From positions 1 to 33,887 of the IMG/VR virus record IMGVR_UViG_2740892429_000002: DNA of 33,887 nucleotides. The stretch is one strand, 5' to 3'. The position numbers and the translations under genes are program-made. The notes under the pieces were generated by a model that saw only the letters and a program-made list of their open reading frames with translations, was not told the origin of the DNA and searched no databases. Shown here piece after piece: positions 25,053-33,887 of the stretch (position 1 is its first letter; the number at the start of each line of letters is the position of its first letter). Origin of the DNA: a virus. Lineage: Duplodnaviria; Heunggongvirae; Uroviricota; Caudoviricetes.

Positions 25053-27011
25053 ATGCAGGCTGGTCACCAGAGTGACGCGGATATTTATATTTATGACGAG
25101 ATTGGTTTCTGGGGTGTTACAGCGAAGCAGTTTATCAGTGATCTGAATGCACTGGGCGATATCACCCACATTAATCTCCATATTAATTCACCGGGTGGCG
25201 ATGTCTTTGAAGGCATCGCCATTTTTAATGCGCTGAAAACACATGGGGCGTCCATTACCGTTTATGTCGACGGTGTGGCGGCGTCAATGGCGTCGGTCAT
25301 TGCGATGGTGGGAAACCCGGTCATTATGCCGGAAAACACCTTCATGATGATTCATAAACCATTTGGCTTTACGGGCGGTGATGCGGAGGACATGCGCACC
25401 TATGCCGACCTGCTCGATAAGGTTGAGGCGGTTCTGTTACCCGCTTATGCACAGAAAACCGGGAAAACCACCGATGAAATTGCTGCCATGCTGGCGGATG
25501 AGACCTGGATGTCCGGTGCCGAATGTCTGGCACATGGATTTGCTGATCAGGTAACGCCAGCCGTTAAGGCAATGGCATGTATTCAGTCAAAACGTACAGA
25601 GGAATTTAAAAAGATGCCGGAATCCATTCGAAACATGATTACTCCGCCACGCAACAGTGCTCCACGCGTACAGGATAATGAACCTGTAGCCTCCCGGACG
25701 CCAGTGCAGGCAGCAGCACCTGTGGTGGATGAAAACAGTATCCGTGCGCAGGTACTGGCAGAGCAAAAAGCGCGTGTAAACGGTATTAATGATTTGTTTG
25801 CCATGTTTGGCGGGCGTTATCAGACGCTGCAGGCTCAGTGTCTTGCCGATCCTGAATGTTCGCTGGAGCAAGCCCGCGAAAAGCTGTTGAACGAGATGGG
25901 GCGCGAGTCCACGCCATCCAATAAAAATACCCCGGCTCATATTTATGCCGGTAACGGTAATTTTGTGGGGGACGGGATCCGCCAGGCGCTGATGGCGCGT
26001 GCCGGATTTGAAAAAACCGAACGTGATAATGTCTACAACGGGATGACCCTGCGTGAATATGCTCGTATGTCACTGACTGAACGGGGGATTGGGGTTTCCA
26101 GTTATAACCCGATGCAGATGGTCGGTGCGGCGTTCACACACAGTACGTCTGACTTCGGTAATATTCTGCTGGATGTTGCGAACAAAGCCATTCTGCAGGG
26201 CTGGGAAGATGCCCCTGAAACCTATGAACAGTGGACGCGGAAAGGTCAGTTGTCTGATTTTAAAATTGCCCATCGTGTGGGTATGGGGGGCTTCAGTGCT
26301 CTGCGTCAGGTGCGTGAAGGGGCGGAATATAAATACGTCACCACCGGAGATAAACAGGCCACTATTGCACTGGCGACCTATGGCGAGCTGTTCAGTATCA
26401 CCCGTCAGGCCATTATCAATGATGATCTGAATATGCTGACCGATGTCCCGATGAAACTGGGCCGTGCGGCGAAATCCACTATTGCCGATCTGGTTTATGC
26501 CATTCTGACGTCTAACCCGAAAATCTCCACAGATAATGTAAGTCTGTTCGATAAAGCGAAACATGCAAACGTACTGGAGAGCGCTGCAATGGACGTGGCA
26601 TCGCTGGATAAAGCCCGCCAGTTGATGCGTGTTCAGAAAGAGGGGGAGCGTCATCTGAATATTCGTCCTGCGTTCGTACTGGTACCGACGGCGATGGAGT
26701 CTGTTGCTAACCAGGTCATTCGCTCCTCAAGTGTCAAGGGGGCTGACATTAACGCCGGTATTATTAACCCGGTGAAAGATTTTGCGACCGTTATTGCAGA
26801 GCCTCGTCTTGATGATAACAGCCAGACCACTTTCTACCTGGCTGCGTCCAAAGGCTCCGATACGATTGAAGTGGCTTATCTCAACGGTGTGGATACGCCA
26901 TATATTGATCAGATGGAGGGCTTCAGTGTGGATGGCGTGACAACGAAAGTGCGTATTGACGCCGGTGTCGCGCCAGTTGATCACCGCGGTCTGGTGAAAT
27001 GTACGGCGTAA
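25053..27011 (+). CDS. prohead protease (ClpP-like) fused to major capsid protein
   Basis: N-terminal ClpP-like region (DEIGFWGV...INSPGGDVFEG...VDGVAASMASVIAMVG), C-terminal capsid-like region. Start uncertain (first ATG after the portal stop, weak SD). Confidence 0.75.
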   Translation: MQAGHQSDADIYIYDEIGFWGVTAKQFISDLNALGDITHINLHINSPGGDVFEGIAIFNALKTHGASITVYVDGVAASMASVIAMVGNPVIMPENTFMMIHKPFGFTGGDAEDMRTYADLLDKVEAVLLPAYAQKTGKTTDEIAAMLADETWMSGAECLAHGFADQVTPAVKAMACIQSKRTEEFKKMPESIRNMITPPRNSAPRVQDNEPVASRTPVQAAAPVVDENSIRAQVLAEQKARVNGINDLFAMFGGRYQTLQAQCLADPECSLEQAREKLLNEMGRESTPSNKNTPAHIYAGNGNFVGDGIRQALMARAGFEKTERDNVYNGMTLREYARMSLTERGIGVSSYNPMQMVGAAFTHSTSDFGNILLDVANKAILQGWEDAPETYEQWTRKGQLSDFKIAHRVGMGGFSALRQVREGAEYKYVTTGDKQATIALATYGELFSITRQAIINDDLNMLTDVPMKLGRAAKSTIADLVYAILTSNPKISTDNVSLFDKAKHANVLESAAMDVASLDKARQLMRVQKEGERHLNIRPAFVLVPTAMESVANQVIRSSSVKGADINAGIINPVKDFATVIAEPRLDDNSQTTFYLAASKGSDTIEVAYLNGVDTPYIDQMEGFSVDGVTTKVRIDAGVAPVDHRGLVKCTA

Positions 27012-27034
27012 ACGTCGCAGACAACAACTCTGAT

Positions 27035-27054
27035 GGCCCGTAAGGGCTTTTTTT
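27035..27054 (+). terminator. intrinsic terminator after the capsid gene
   Basis: GGCCC-GTAA-GGGCT followed by TTTTTTT. Confidence 0.45.
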
Positions 27055-27097
27055 GTACCTGAAATCAGCCCCTGAACGGGGCTGTGCGGAGACAGTT

Positions 27098-27421
27098 ATG
27101 GCAAAGAATTTTGTAGAAGAAGGAAAAACGGTGGCGATTGTTGCCAGTGCAGCCATCAGCAGCGGAGATCTGGTGCAGGTGGGCGATGTTTTTGCGGTGG
27201 CGCTGACCGATATTCCACAGGGTGAAACAGGCGACGGCATGACCGAAGGTGTGTTTATGCTGCCTAAGCTGAAAACGGATGACATGAAAACGGGTAAGAA
27301 GGTTTATCTGAAGTCCGGAAAAGTTCAGCTGACTAACAGCGGCTCTGATCCGCTGGTCGGGGTTGTCTGGGCAGATGCCGGAACCAGTGCAGAAGAAGTG
27401 CCGGTAAAACTCAATGTCTGA
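27098..27421 (+). CDS. small head-associated protein (107 aa)
   Basis: Start at MAKNFVEEGK with GGAGA RBS; sits between capsid and head-tail adaptor. Family uncertain. Confidence 0.5.
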   Translation: MAKNFVEEGKTVAIVASAAISSGDLVQVGDVFAVALTDIPQGETGDGMTEGVFMLPKLKTDDMKTGKKVYLKSGKVQLTNSGSDPLVGVVWADAGTSAEEVPVKLNV

Positions 27422-27689
27422 TCCCTTTTCCCGGTTGGCAGCGCGTATGGATGCGATCACGGTCAGAAAGATGGGAAAGACAGCCTCGATTAATGATGTC
27501 GATATGACTGTGATCCCGGGAGAAACACTGGCAGAGCTGAATGCTCTGTCCGGACCTGCGGTCTCTCTGGTGGTGTTTTCTTCGGGATACCGCCCACGGC
27601 GCGGGGATCGCGTTGTTTATGACGGACAACAATGGACGGTCACACGGCATGAACGCTTTAACGGTAAGCCAATGATCTTTATTGAGTAA
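27414..27689 (+). CDS. head-tail adaptor (gpFII-like)
   Basis: 91 aa; RRGDRVVYDGQQWTVTRH parallels lambda FII RRGDTLTIGEENFWVDRV. Confidence 0.6.
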   Translation: MSDPFSRLAARMDAITVRKMGKTASINDVDMTVIPGETLAELNALSGPAVSLVVFSSGYRPRRGDRVVYDGQQWTVTRHERFNGKPMIFIE

Positions 27690-27700
27690 AGAGGTGTGGG

Positions 27701-28279
27701 ATGAAGGGGCTTGAGAATGCCATCCGCAATCTGAACAGCCTTGATACCCGTATGGTGCCACAGGCCAGCGCATGGGCGATAAACCGTGTGGCACAGAAAG
27801 CGGTCTCGGTTGCCACCCGGCAGGTTGCCGGGAATACCGTTGCGGGAGATAACCAGGTGAAAGGGATCCCCCTGAAACTGGTACGTCAGCGTGTCCGGGT
27901 GTTTAAAGCCAGTCCGTCAGGAAAAATGACGGCCAGGATCCGCGTTAACCGGGGCAATCTGCCCGCCATTAAGCTGGGGACAGCCCGGGTCAGACTGGCC
28001 CGGCGTGGTGGAAAACTGCAGTACCGTGGCAGTGTGCTGAAGGTGGGTAAATATCTTTTCCGGGATGCGTTTATTCAGCAACTGGCGAATGGTCGCTGGC
28101 ATGTGATGCGGCGTATTGATGGCAAAAATCGTTACCCCATTGATGTGGTGAAAATCCCGCTGTCCGGACCGCTGACACAGGCATTTGAAGATGCCCGCGA
28201 CCGCATCATTGCTGCGGAAATGCCGAAACAGCTGGGGTATGCACTGAAACAACAACTGAGGTTATGGCTGACCCGATGA
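27701..28279 (+). CDS. Z: minor tail protein Z-like
   Basis: 192 aa, the same length as lambda gpZ, with closely similar termini (MKGLENAIRNLNSL..., NGRWHVMRRIDGKNRYPIDVVKIP). Confidence 0.75.
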   Translation: MKGLENAIRNLNSLDTRMVPQASAWAINRVAQKAVSVATRQVAGNTVAGDNQVKGIPLKLVRQRVRVFKASPSGKMTARIRVNRGNLPAIKLGTARVRLARRGGKLQYRGSVLKVGKYLFRDAFIQQLANGRWHVMRRIDGKNRYPIDVVKIPLSGPLTQAFEDARDRIIAAEMPKQLGYALKQQLRLWLTR

Positions 28280-28677
28280 ACCGACATACACAAATCCGCC
28301 AGGTCGTACTGGCACGCCTTCGGGAACAGTGTGGAGACAGCGCCACGTTTTTTGACGGGCTTCCGGCATTTGTTGATGCGCAGGAACTGCCTGCCGTGGC
28401 GGTGTGGCTGAGTGATGCTCAGTACACCGGAAAAATGACGGATGAAGATGACTGGCAGGCTGTTCTGCATATTGCTGTCTTCATCCGGGCACAGGCACCG
28501 GATTCAGAGCTGGATATGTGGATGGAGAGCACCATTTTCCCGGCCCTGAATGATGTACCGGCACTTTCCGGACTCATCGACACCCTGATCCCACTCGGTT
28601 TTAACTATCAACGTGATAATGAGATGGCCACCTGGGCGATGGCGGAAATCACGTACCAGATCACGTACACGAATTAA
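28264..28677 (+). CDS. U: tail terminator protein U-like
   Basis: 137 aa in the lambda U position, overlapping the Z stop. Confidence 0.6.
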   Translation: MADPMNRHTQIRQVVLARLREQCGDSATFFDGLPAFVDAQELPAVAVWLSDAQYTGKMTDEDDWQAVLHIAVFIRAQAPDSELDMWMESTIFPALNDVPALSGLIDTLIPLGFNYQRDNEMATWAMAEITYQITYTN

Positions 28678-28687
28678 GGAGGTGGCA

Positions 28688-29431
28688 ATGACCACACCAA
28701 ATCCACTGGCAAAGACGAAAGGTGCGGGGACGACGTTCTGGATGTATACCGGCAACGGCGACGCATTTGCGAACCCTTTGTCGGACACTGACTGGCTGCG
28801 TCTTGCGATGGTGAAGGATCTGCAACCTGGCGAAATGACCGCTGATGCAGAAGATGATACTTATCTCGATGATGAAGATGCAGACTGGAAAACGACAACC
28901 CAGGGGCAGAAATCAGTCGGTGATACTTCGGCGACGCTGGCCTGGCGTCCGGGTGACAGCGGGCAGAAAAAACTGGTTCAGTTGTTCGACTCCGGTGAAG
29001 TCTGCGCGTTTCGTATCAAATATCCCAACGGTACTGTTGATGTTTTCCGTGGCTGGCTGAGTTCACTGGGTAAAACCATTGCCTCAAAAGACGTGATGAC
29101 CCGCACTGTGAAAATCAGCGGTGTGGGGCGTCCGTATCTGGCAGAGGAAGGCACTGAAACAGTGAGCGTTACCGGGCTGACGGTGGCACCGGCATCTGCC
29201 AGTGTAAAAGTGGGAGCAACCACCACGCTGACCTTTACAGTAAAACCTGACGGAGCCAGTGACAAAGCGATCAGTGTGCATTCGTCAAATCCACAGACTG
29301 CCACGGTGACCCTGAACGGGCTTGTAGCCACGGTGAAAGGCGTGAAGCAGGGCAGTGTCAGCATTGTGGGCATGACCGCTGACGGGAATTTTGTGGCTGT
29401 GGCTGCGGTGACTGTCAGCGCCGCAGGTTAA
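28688..29431 (+). CDS. V: major tail protein V-like with C-terminal Ig-like (Big_2) domain
   Basis: Start at MTTPNPLAK after AAGGAGG. C-terminal Thr/Val-rich beta segment typical of Big_2. Confidence 0.8.
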   Translation: MTTPNPLAKTKGAGTTFWMYTGNGDAFANPLSDTDWLRLAMVKDLQPGEMTADAEDDTYLDDEDADWKTTTQGQKSVGDTSATLAWRPGDSGQKKLVQLFDSGEVCAFRIKYPNGTVDVFRGWLSSLGKTIASKDVMTRTVKISGVGRPYLAEEGTETVSVTGLTVAPASASVKVGATTTLTFTVKPDGASDKAISVHSSNPQTATVTLNGLVATVKGVKQGSVSIVGMTADGNFVAVAAVTVSAAG

Positions 29432-29488
29432 CAGGACGATACTCATCATTTGCCCCGGTTATCCGGGGCTTTTTTGCAGGTGGAGAAC

Positions 29489-29878
29489 ATGATGTTTCTG
29501 AAACAGGGCACGTTTAATTATGAAAAACAGTCCGTGGTGCTCAGTGAGCTGTCCGGGCTGCAGAGAATTGAATATCTGGCGTTTGTTCAGCAGCGAACGG
29601 CAAAGTTTGATGCCGGTGAGGGAGAACTGCCGGAGGCTGAACGACAGATTGCTTTTCTGCGGATGGGGATGGATATCAATGCCTGGCTGGTTTCCCGCTC
29701 ACTGTGGAATGCGGATCAGTCTAAGGATGTAGAGACGCTTTGCGCATCCGTTATTACAACATGGTCGTATGATGCCCTGGGTGCGGGGGCGGAGATGGTT
29801 CTGTCGCTGAGCGGTATGGGGGCCATTGATAATGCCGGGGATGATGAGCATGAGGCGCTGACGCCGGAAAAGTCCTGA
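29489..29878 (+). CDS. G: tail assembly chaperone G
   Basis: Start at MMFLKQGTFNYEK after GGTGGAG; lambda gpG-like N-terminus (SELSGLQRIEYLAF). Confidence 0.7.
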   Translation: MMFLKQGTFNYEKQSVVLSELSGLQRIEYLAFVQQRTAKFDAGEGELPEAERQIAFLRMGMDINAWLVSRSLWNADQSKDVETLCASVITTWSYDALGAGAEMVLSLSGMGAIDNAGDDEHEALTPEKS

Positions 29879-30216
29879 CGCGGGAAATGCAGTTTGTCAT
29901 GCGGCTTGCCCGGGAGTTCCGGCGGGCAGACTGGCGGCGGATGCTGTCGGAAATGTCGGCCACTGAGCTTGGTGAGTGGGGCGATTATTTCCGGATGCAG
30001 AGCTTCAGTGATGTGTGGATGGATGCGCAGTTTGCCTCGCTGAAGGCATTGATCGTGAGAATGGTGTCCGGCAGCAGTGATGCTGCGGTGGCTGATTTCA
30101 GCCTTTTACCGGAAGAGAACGGGATACCGGAGCGAACGGACGAAGAACTGATGCATCTTGGGGAAGGTATTTCCGGAGGTGTGCGTTATGGACCAGATAG
30201 CCAACCTGGTAATTGA
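29854..30216 (+). CDS. T: T segment of the G-T tail assembly chaperone, expressed by -1 frameshift from G
   Basis: Frame -1 relative to G is open from 29854, with no credible independent start; it overlaps the last 8 codons of G and continues to 30216. Confidence 0.6.
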   Translation, partial: GADAGKVLTREMQFVMRLAREFRRADWRRMLSEMSATELGEWGDYFRMQSFSDVWMDAQFASLKALIVRMVSGSSDAAVADFSLLPEENGIPERTDEELMHLGEGISGGVRYGPDSQPGN

Positions 30217-33200
30217 TTTGGGGATTGATGCGGCAGAGTTTAAAAATGAAATCCCCCGTATCAAAAACCTTCTGAATGGTGCAGCCAGCGATGCAGAACG
30301 GTCTTCTGCCCGTATGCAGCGTTTTATGGAGCGTCAGACTCAGGCCGCCCGGCAGACAACGCAGGCGGCGTCTTCGGCTGCAACAGCCGCATCCGTCCAT
30401 GCGCAGACGGTGGAGAAGAACGCACAGGCTCATGAACGCATGGCCCGCGAGGTGGAGAAAACCCGCCAGCGTATGGAGGCGCTGAGCCAGAAAATGCGCG
30501 AGGAACAGGCGCAGGCCATGGCTCTGGCGGAGGCTCAGGATAAAGCGGCTGCTGCGTTTTATCGTCAGATTGACAGTGTGAAACAGGCCAGTGCGGGTCT
30601 GCAGGAATTACAGCGTATTCAGCAGCAGATCCGACAGGCCAGAAACAGTGGCGGGATTGGTCAGCAGGATTATCTGGCGCTGATTTCTGAGGTTACGGCG
30701 AAAACCCGTGTTCTTACACAGGCTGAGGAAGAGGCTACCCGACAGAAAGTGGCGTTTATCCGTCAGCTTAAAGAGCAGGCAACCCGCCAGAATCTTTCTT
30801 CTTCTGAGTTGCTTCGTGCTAAGGCTGCCCAGCTGGGGGTAAGCAGTGCTGCAGAAGTGTATATCCGCAAAATGGAGCAGGCAGGAAAAGCCACGCATTC
30901 GCTGGGGCTGAAAAGTGCAGCGGCCCGTCAGGAGATAGGCGTTCTGATAGGTGAACTGGCCCGCGGAAATTTAGGTGCGCTGAGGGGATCCGGAATAACG
31001 CTGGCTAACCGTGCCGGGTGGATAGACACATTGATGTCACCGAAAGGCATGATGCTTGGCGGGGTTATTGGCGGTATTGCCGCGGCTGTCTATGGTCTGG
31101 GTAAAGCCTGGTATGACGGTCAGAAGGAGGGGGAAGAATTTAACCGCCAGCTGTCGCTGACGGGGCATTATGCCGGAGTCACTGCCGGGCAGCTGTGGAC
31201 GCTCAGTCGTGCTATTTCCGGGAATGGTATCACGCAACATGCTGCAGCCGGTGCGCTGGCTCAGGTGGTGGGGAGTGGTGCATTTCGTGGAAACGATATC
31301 GGTATGGTGGCGAGAGCTGCCGCACAGATGGAGCGATCGGTTGGCCAGTCGGTCAGCGATACCATAAATCAGTTTAAGCGGCTGAAGGATGATCCTGTAA
31401 ATGCCGCGAAGTCTCTGGACAATGAGCTGCATTTTCTTACTGCCACTCAGCTTGAGCAGATACGCGTCCTTGGAGAGCAGGGGCGGTCCAGTGATGCGGC
31501 ACGGATAGCCATGTCTGCACTGGCAGAGGAAACCGGTCGGCGTACTGCGGATATTGATAATAACCTCAATGCGCTGGGCAGTACGCTGCAAACTTTGTCT
31601 GACTGGTGGAAGCAGTTCTGGGATGCGGCCATGAATATTGGTCGTGAAGATTCGCTGGATGCGCAGATTGCCACTTTGCAGGAGAAAGTGTCGCGGGCGA
31701 AAAGACTCCCCTGGACGGCATCATCTTCTCAGGTTGAATACGATCAGCAGCGTCTTAACGATCTTCAGGAGAAAAAACGCCAGAAGGATTTGCAGGATGC
31801 AAAAGAGCAGGCAGAGCGGAATTATCAGGAGCAACAGAAACGCCGTAATGCTGAAAATGCTGCACTGAACCGGATGAATGAAACGGAAGCTGCACGACAT
31901 CAGCGTGAAATTGCGCGTATTAATGCCATGCAGTACGCCGATCAGGCTGTCAGGGATGCGGCGATACAACGTGAAAATGAACGTTACGAGAAAGCCCTGG
32001 CATCCGGTAAGAAAAAAACACGCGAAACCCGTAATGATGAGGCCACCCGGTTATTGCTGCAGTACAGTCAGCAACAGGCACAGGTGGAAGGACAGATTGC
32101 TGCTGCAAGACAGTCAGCAGGCATTGCCACTGACAGGATGACAGAAGCGCATAAACAGCTTCTGGCTCTGCAGCAGCGCATCAGCGATCTGGACGGGAAA
32201 AAACTGACGGCAGATGAAAAGAGTGTGCTGGCCCGTAAAGATGAACTGATTCAGGCACTGACGCTGCTGGATGTAAAACAGCAGGAGCTTCAGAAACAGA
32301 CGGCACTCAACGATCTGAAGAAAAAAACAATTCAGCTGACCAGTCAACTGGCTGAAGAAGAGCGCGCTCAGCGTCAGCAACATGACCTGGATATCGCCAC
32401 GGTTGGTATGGGTGATCAGCAGCGGCAGCGATATCAGGTACAACTGAGTCTTCGCCAGAAATACCAGCAACAGCTGGAGCAGTTGAGGCGGGATAGTGAG
32501 CAGAAAGGGACATATAACACGGATGACTACAGAAAGGCCGAGCAGGCGCTGACGGAGAGTCTGAACCGACAACTGAATGAGAATCGCCGTTACTGGCAAC
32601 AGCTTGAAATTGCTCAGGGTAATTGGAAAAACGGAGTCCTGCGTGCACTCCAGAATGTCACTGAGAATGCGGATAACACAGCCGGGACAGTGGAACAGTT
32701 GTTCACGTCTGCGTTCAGTAGCATGAGTGACTGGCTGGCGACATTCTGTACTACAGGCAAACTCAATTTCAAATCTTTTACTTCTTCTGTGCTGTCAGAT
32801 ATGTCCAGAATCATGGCTCAGATAGCTTTAATGAAAGCGGTAAAAGGCATTGCTTCCGCGCTGCCTTTTGATTTTGTAGCCAATGCTGATGGCGGTGTTT
32901 ATCAGTCGGCTGATTTGAGTCGCTACAGTGGCACGGTGGTTAACCGTCCGACGTTTTTTGCTTTTGCAAAAGGCGCGGGTGTGATGGGGGAAGCTGGACC
33001 TGAAGCCATTCTGCCACTGCGTCGTGGTGCTGACGGTAAGCTGGGGGTTGTGGCGGATATTGGTGGTTCAGGTATGGCGATGTTTGCCCCGCAGTACAAC
33101 ATCGAGATCAATAACGATGGCACGAACGGGCAGATAGGTCCTGCTGCCCTGAAGGTGGTTTATGACCTTGGGAAAAAAGCGGCAGCGGACTTTATGCAAC

Positions 33201-33244
33201 AGCAGGCCCGTGATGGTGGTCGGTTAAGTGGAGCATATCGGTAA
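30188..33244 (+). CDS. H: tail tape measure protein (gpH-like)
   Basis: About 1018 aa, very long coiled-coil Gln/Ala/Arg/Glu-rich protein; GGAGGTG RBS; overlaps the T end. Confidence 0.9.
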   Translation: MDQIANLVIDLGIDAAEFKNEIPRIKNLLNGAASDAERSSARMQRFMERQTQAARQTTQAASSAATAASVHAQTVEKNAQAHERMAREVEKTRQRMEALSQKMREEQAQAMALAEAQDKAAAAFYRQIDSVKQASAGLQELQRIQQQIRQARNSGGIGQQDYLALISEVTAKTRVLTQAEEEATRQKVAFIRQLKEQATRQNLSSSELLRAKAAQLGVSSAAEVYIRKMEQAGKATHSLGLKSAAARQEIGVLIGELARGNLGALRGSGITLANRAGWIDTLMSPKGMMLGGVIGGIAAAVYGLGKAWYDGQKEGEEFNRQLSLTGHYAGVTAGQLWTLSRAISGNGITQHAAAGALAQVVGSGAFRGNDIGMVARAAAQMERSVGQSVSDTINQFKRLKDDPVNAAKSLDNELHFLTATQLEQIRVLGEQGRSSDAARIAMSALAEETGRRTADIDNNLNALGSTLQTLSDWWKQFWDAAMNIGREDSLDAQIATLQEKVSRAKRLPWTASSSQVEYDQQRLNDLQEKKRQKDLQDAKEQAERNYQEQQKRRNAENAALNRMNETEAARHQREIARINAMQYADQAVRDAAIQRENERYEKALASGKKKTRETRNDEATRLLLQYSQQQAQVEGQIAAARQSAGIATDRMTEAHKQLLALQQRISDLDGKKLTADEKSVLARKDELIQALTLLDVKQQELQKQTALNDLKKKTIQLTSQLAEEERAQRQQHDLDIATVGMGDQQRQRYQVQLSLRQKYQQQLEQLRRDSEQKGTYNTDDYRKAEQALTESLNRQLNENRRYWQQLEIAQGNWKNGVLRALQNVTENADNTAGTVEQLFTSAFSSMSDWLATFCTTGKLNFKSFTSSVLSDMSRIMAQIALMKAVKGIASALPFDFVANADGGVYQSADLSRYSGTVVNRPTFFAFAKGAGVMGEAGPEAILPLRRGADGKLGVVADIGGSGMAMFAPQYNIEINNDGTNGQIGPAALKVVYDLGKKAAADFMQQQARDGGRLSGAYR

Positions 33245-33573
33245 TGGAGACGTTTCACTGGAAAGTGCGCCCGGATATGAATGTGGTATCAGAGCCGAAA
33301 GTGGTGACAGTGAAGCTGGGCGATGGTTATGAACAGCGTCGTGCGGCGGGACTGAATAACCAGTTGTCGACTTACAGCGTGACGATACGTGTTCGTAAAT
33401 GTGAACACCCATCTTTAAAAGCCTTTCTGGAACGGCACGGTGGCGTCCGCGCATTTCAGTGGACGCCACCTTATGACTGGAAGCCGATCAGGGTGGTTTG
33501 TCGTAAATGGTCGGCAAGCGTGGGGGCGTTGTGGGTAACCATAACGGCAGATTTTGAACAGGTCGTGGCATAG
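33244..33573 (+). CDS. M: minor tail protein M
   Basis: 109 aa, the same length as lambda gpM, with matching motifs (FHWKVRPDM, GDGYEQR, HGGVRAFQWTPPYDW, FEQVV). Confidence 0.85.
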   Translation: METFHWKVRPDMNVVSEPKVVTVKLGDGYEQRRAAGLNNQLSTYSVTIRVRKCEHPSLKAFLERHGGVRAFQWTPPYDWKPIRVVCRKWSASVGALWVTITADFEQVVA

Positions 33574-33582
33574 GAGGCTCTG

Positions 33583-33887
33583 ATGCAGGATATTCCACAG
33601 GAAACACATCATGAGACGACACGCCTCACTCAGTCAGCCCAGGTGGTGCTCTGGGAAATCGATCTGACAGAGGTCGGTGGTGAACGTTATTTTTTCTGTA
33701 ATGAGCAGAACGAAAAAGGTGAGCCGGTTACCTGGCAGGGGCGGCAGTATCAGGCATACCCTATTCAGGGGACGGGATTTGAACTGAACGGCAAGGGCAG
33801 TGCTGCCCGTCCGACACTGACGGTTTCTAACCTGCACGGAATGGTCACCGGGATGGCGGAAGACCTGCAGAGTCTGGTCGGCGGAAC
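33583..33887 (+). CDS. L: minor tail protein L (3'-truncated by the window end)
   Basis: MQDIPQETHHETTRLTQSAQVVLWEIDLTEVGGERYFFCNEQNEKGEPVTWQGRQYQAYPIQG closely matches lambda gpL; the ORF runs off the window. Confidence 0.8.
   Translation, partial: MQDIPQETHHETTRLTQSAQVVLWEIDLTEVGGERYFFCNEQNEKGEPVTWQGRQYQAYPIQGTGFELNGKGSAARPTLTVSNLHGMVTGMAEDLQSLVGG

Noticed and set aside
30098-33123. Multiple antisense and alternative-frame ORFs inside the tape measure gene (for example 31037..31591 minus, 32114..32599 minus)
   Set aside because: Typical spurious ORFs in a long, compositionally biased coiled-coil gene; no RBS or domain features.
1-33887. LexA boxes, tRNA genes, CRISPR repeats, IS elements and an integrase gene
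   Set aside because: I scanned for CTGT-N8-ACAG, tRNA T-loop motifs, spaced direct repeats and transposase or integrase-like ORFs and found none. The integrase presumably lies outside the window (in KplE1-like prophages int and xis sit at opposite ends).

Overview
This window is most of a lambdoid siphovirus-type prophage from an enterobacterial host, running from near one prophage edge through to the tail genes. Calls rest on reading the supplied six-frame translations and the raw sequence; no searches were run, so family names are from memory and coordinates of sub-ORF elements (hairpins, repeats, alternative starts) are hand-counted and may be off by a base or two. Layout: (1) 1-1512, an AT-rich three-gene cassette (DUF4065/Panacea-like protein, an ATGA-coupled unknown partner, a 57-aa ORF) closed by a bidirectional terminator; this is the best candidate for an undescribed toxin-antitoxin or defence module. 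(2) 1514-6995, a minus-strand early-left operon: excisionase-like PrtN-type protein, DnaQ-like 3'-5' exonuclease, a run of small translationally coupled unknowns, an HD-domain protein and a DUF2303-like protein, resembling the early region of E. coli CPS-53/KplE1. (3) 6996-8507, a long untranslated leader with stacked terminator hairpins, OL/OR operators (TTGC-N7-GCAA), a CI-like HTH plus S24 peptidase repressor, and Cro. (4) 8508-15546, early-right genes: CII-position protein, Rha, an O-like initiator with embedded iterons, PerC-like regulator, Dam-type methyltransferase, LexA-DNA-binding-domain-only protein, RusA, KilA-N protein, DUF968 protein, Q antiterminator. (5) 15547-18900, morons around the late promoter and lysis genes: a minus-strand lipoprotein, a small HTH-like ORF plus orphan DPPY methyltransferase, a phage-21-type pinholin, and a convergent overlapping pair of unknowns between holin and endolysin. 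(6) SAR endolysin, Rz/Rz1, a cos-proximal noncoding region, then lambda-like packaging, head and tail genes (Nu1, A, W, B, protease-capsid fusion, FII, Z, U, V, G/T with -1 frameshift, H, M, and L truncated at the window end). No integrase, tRNA, CRISPR array or IS element was found.
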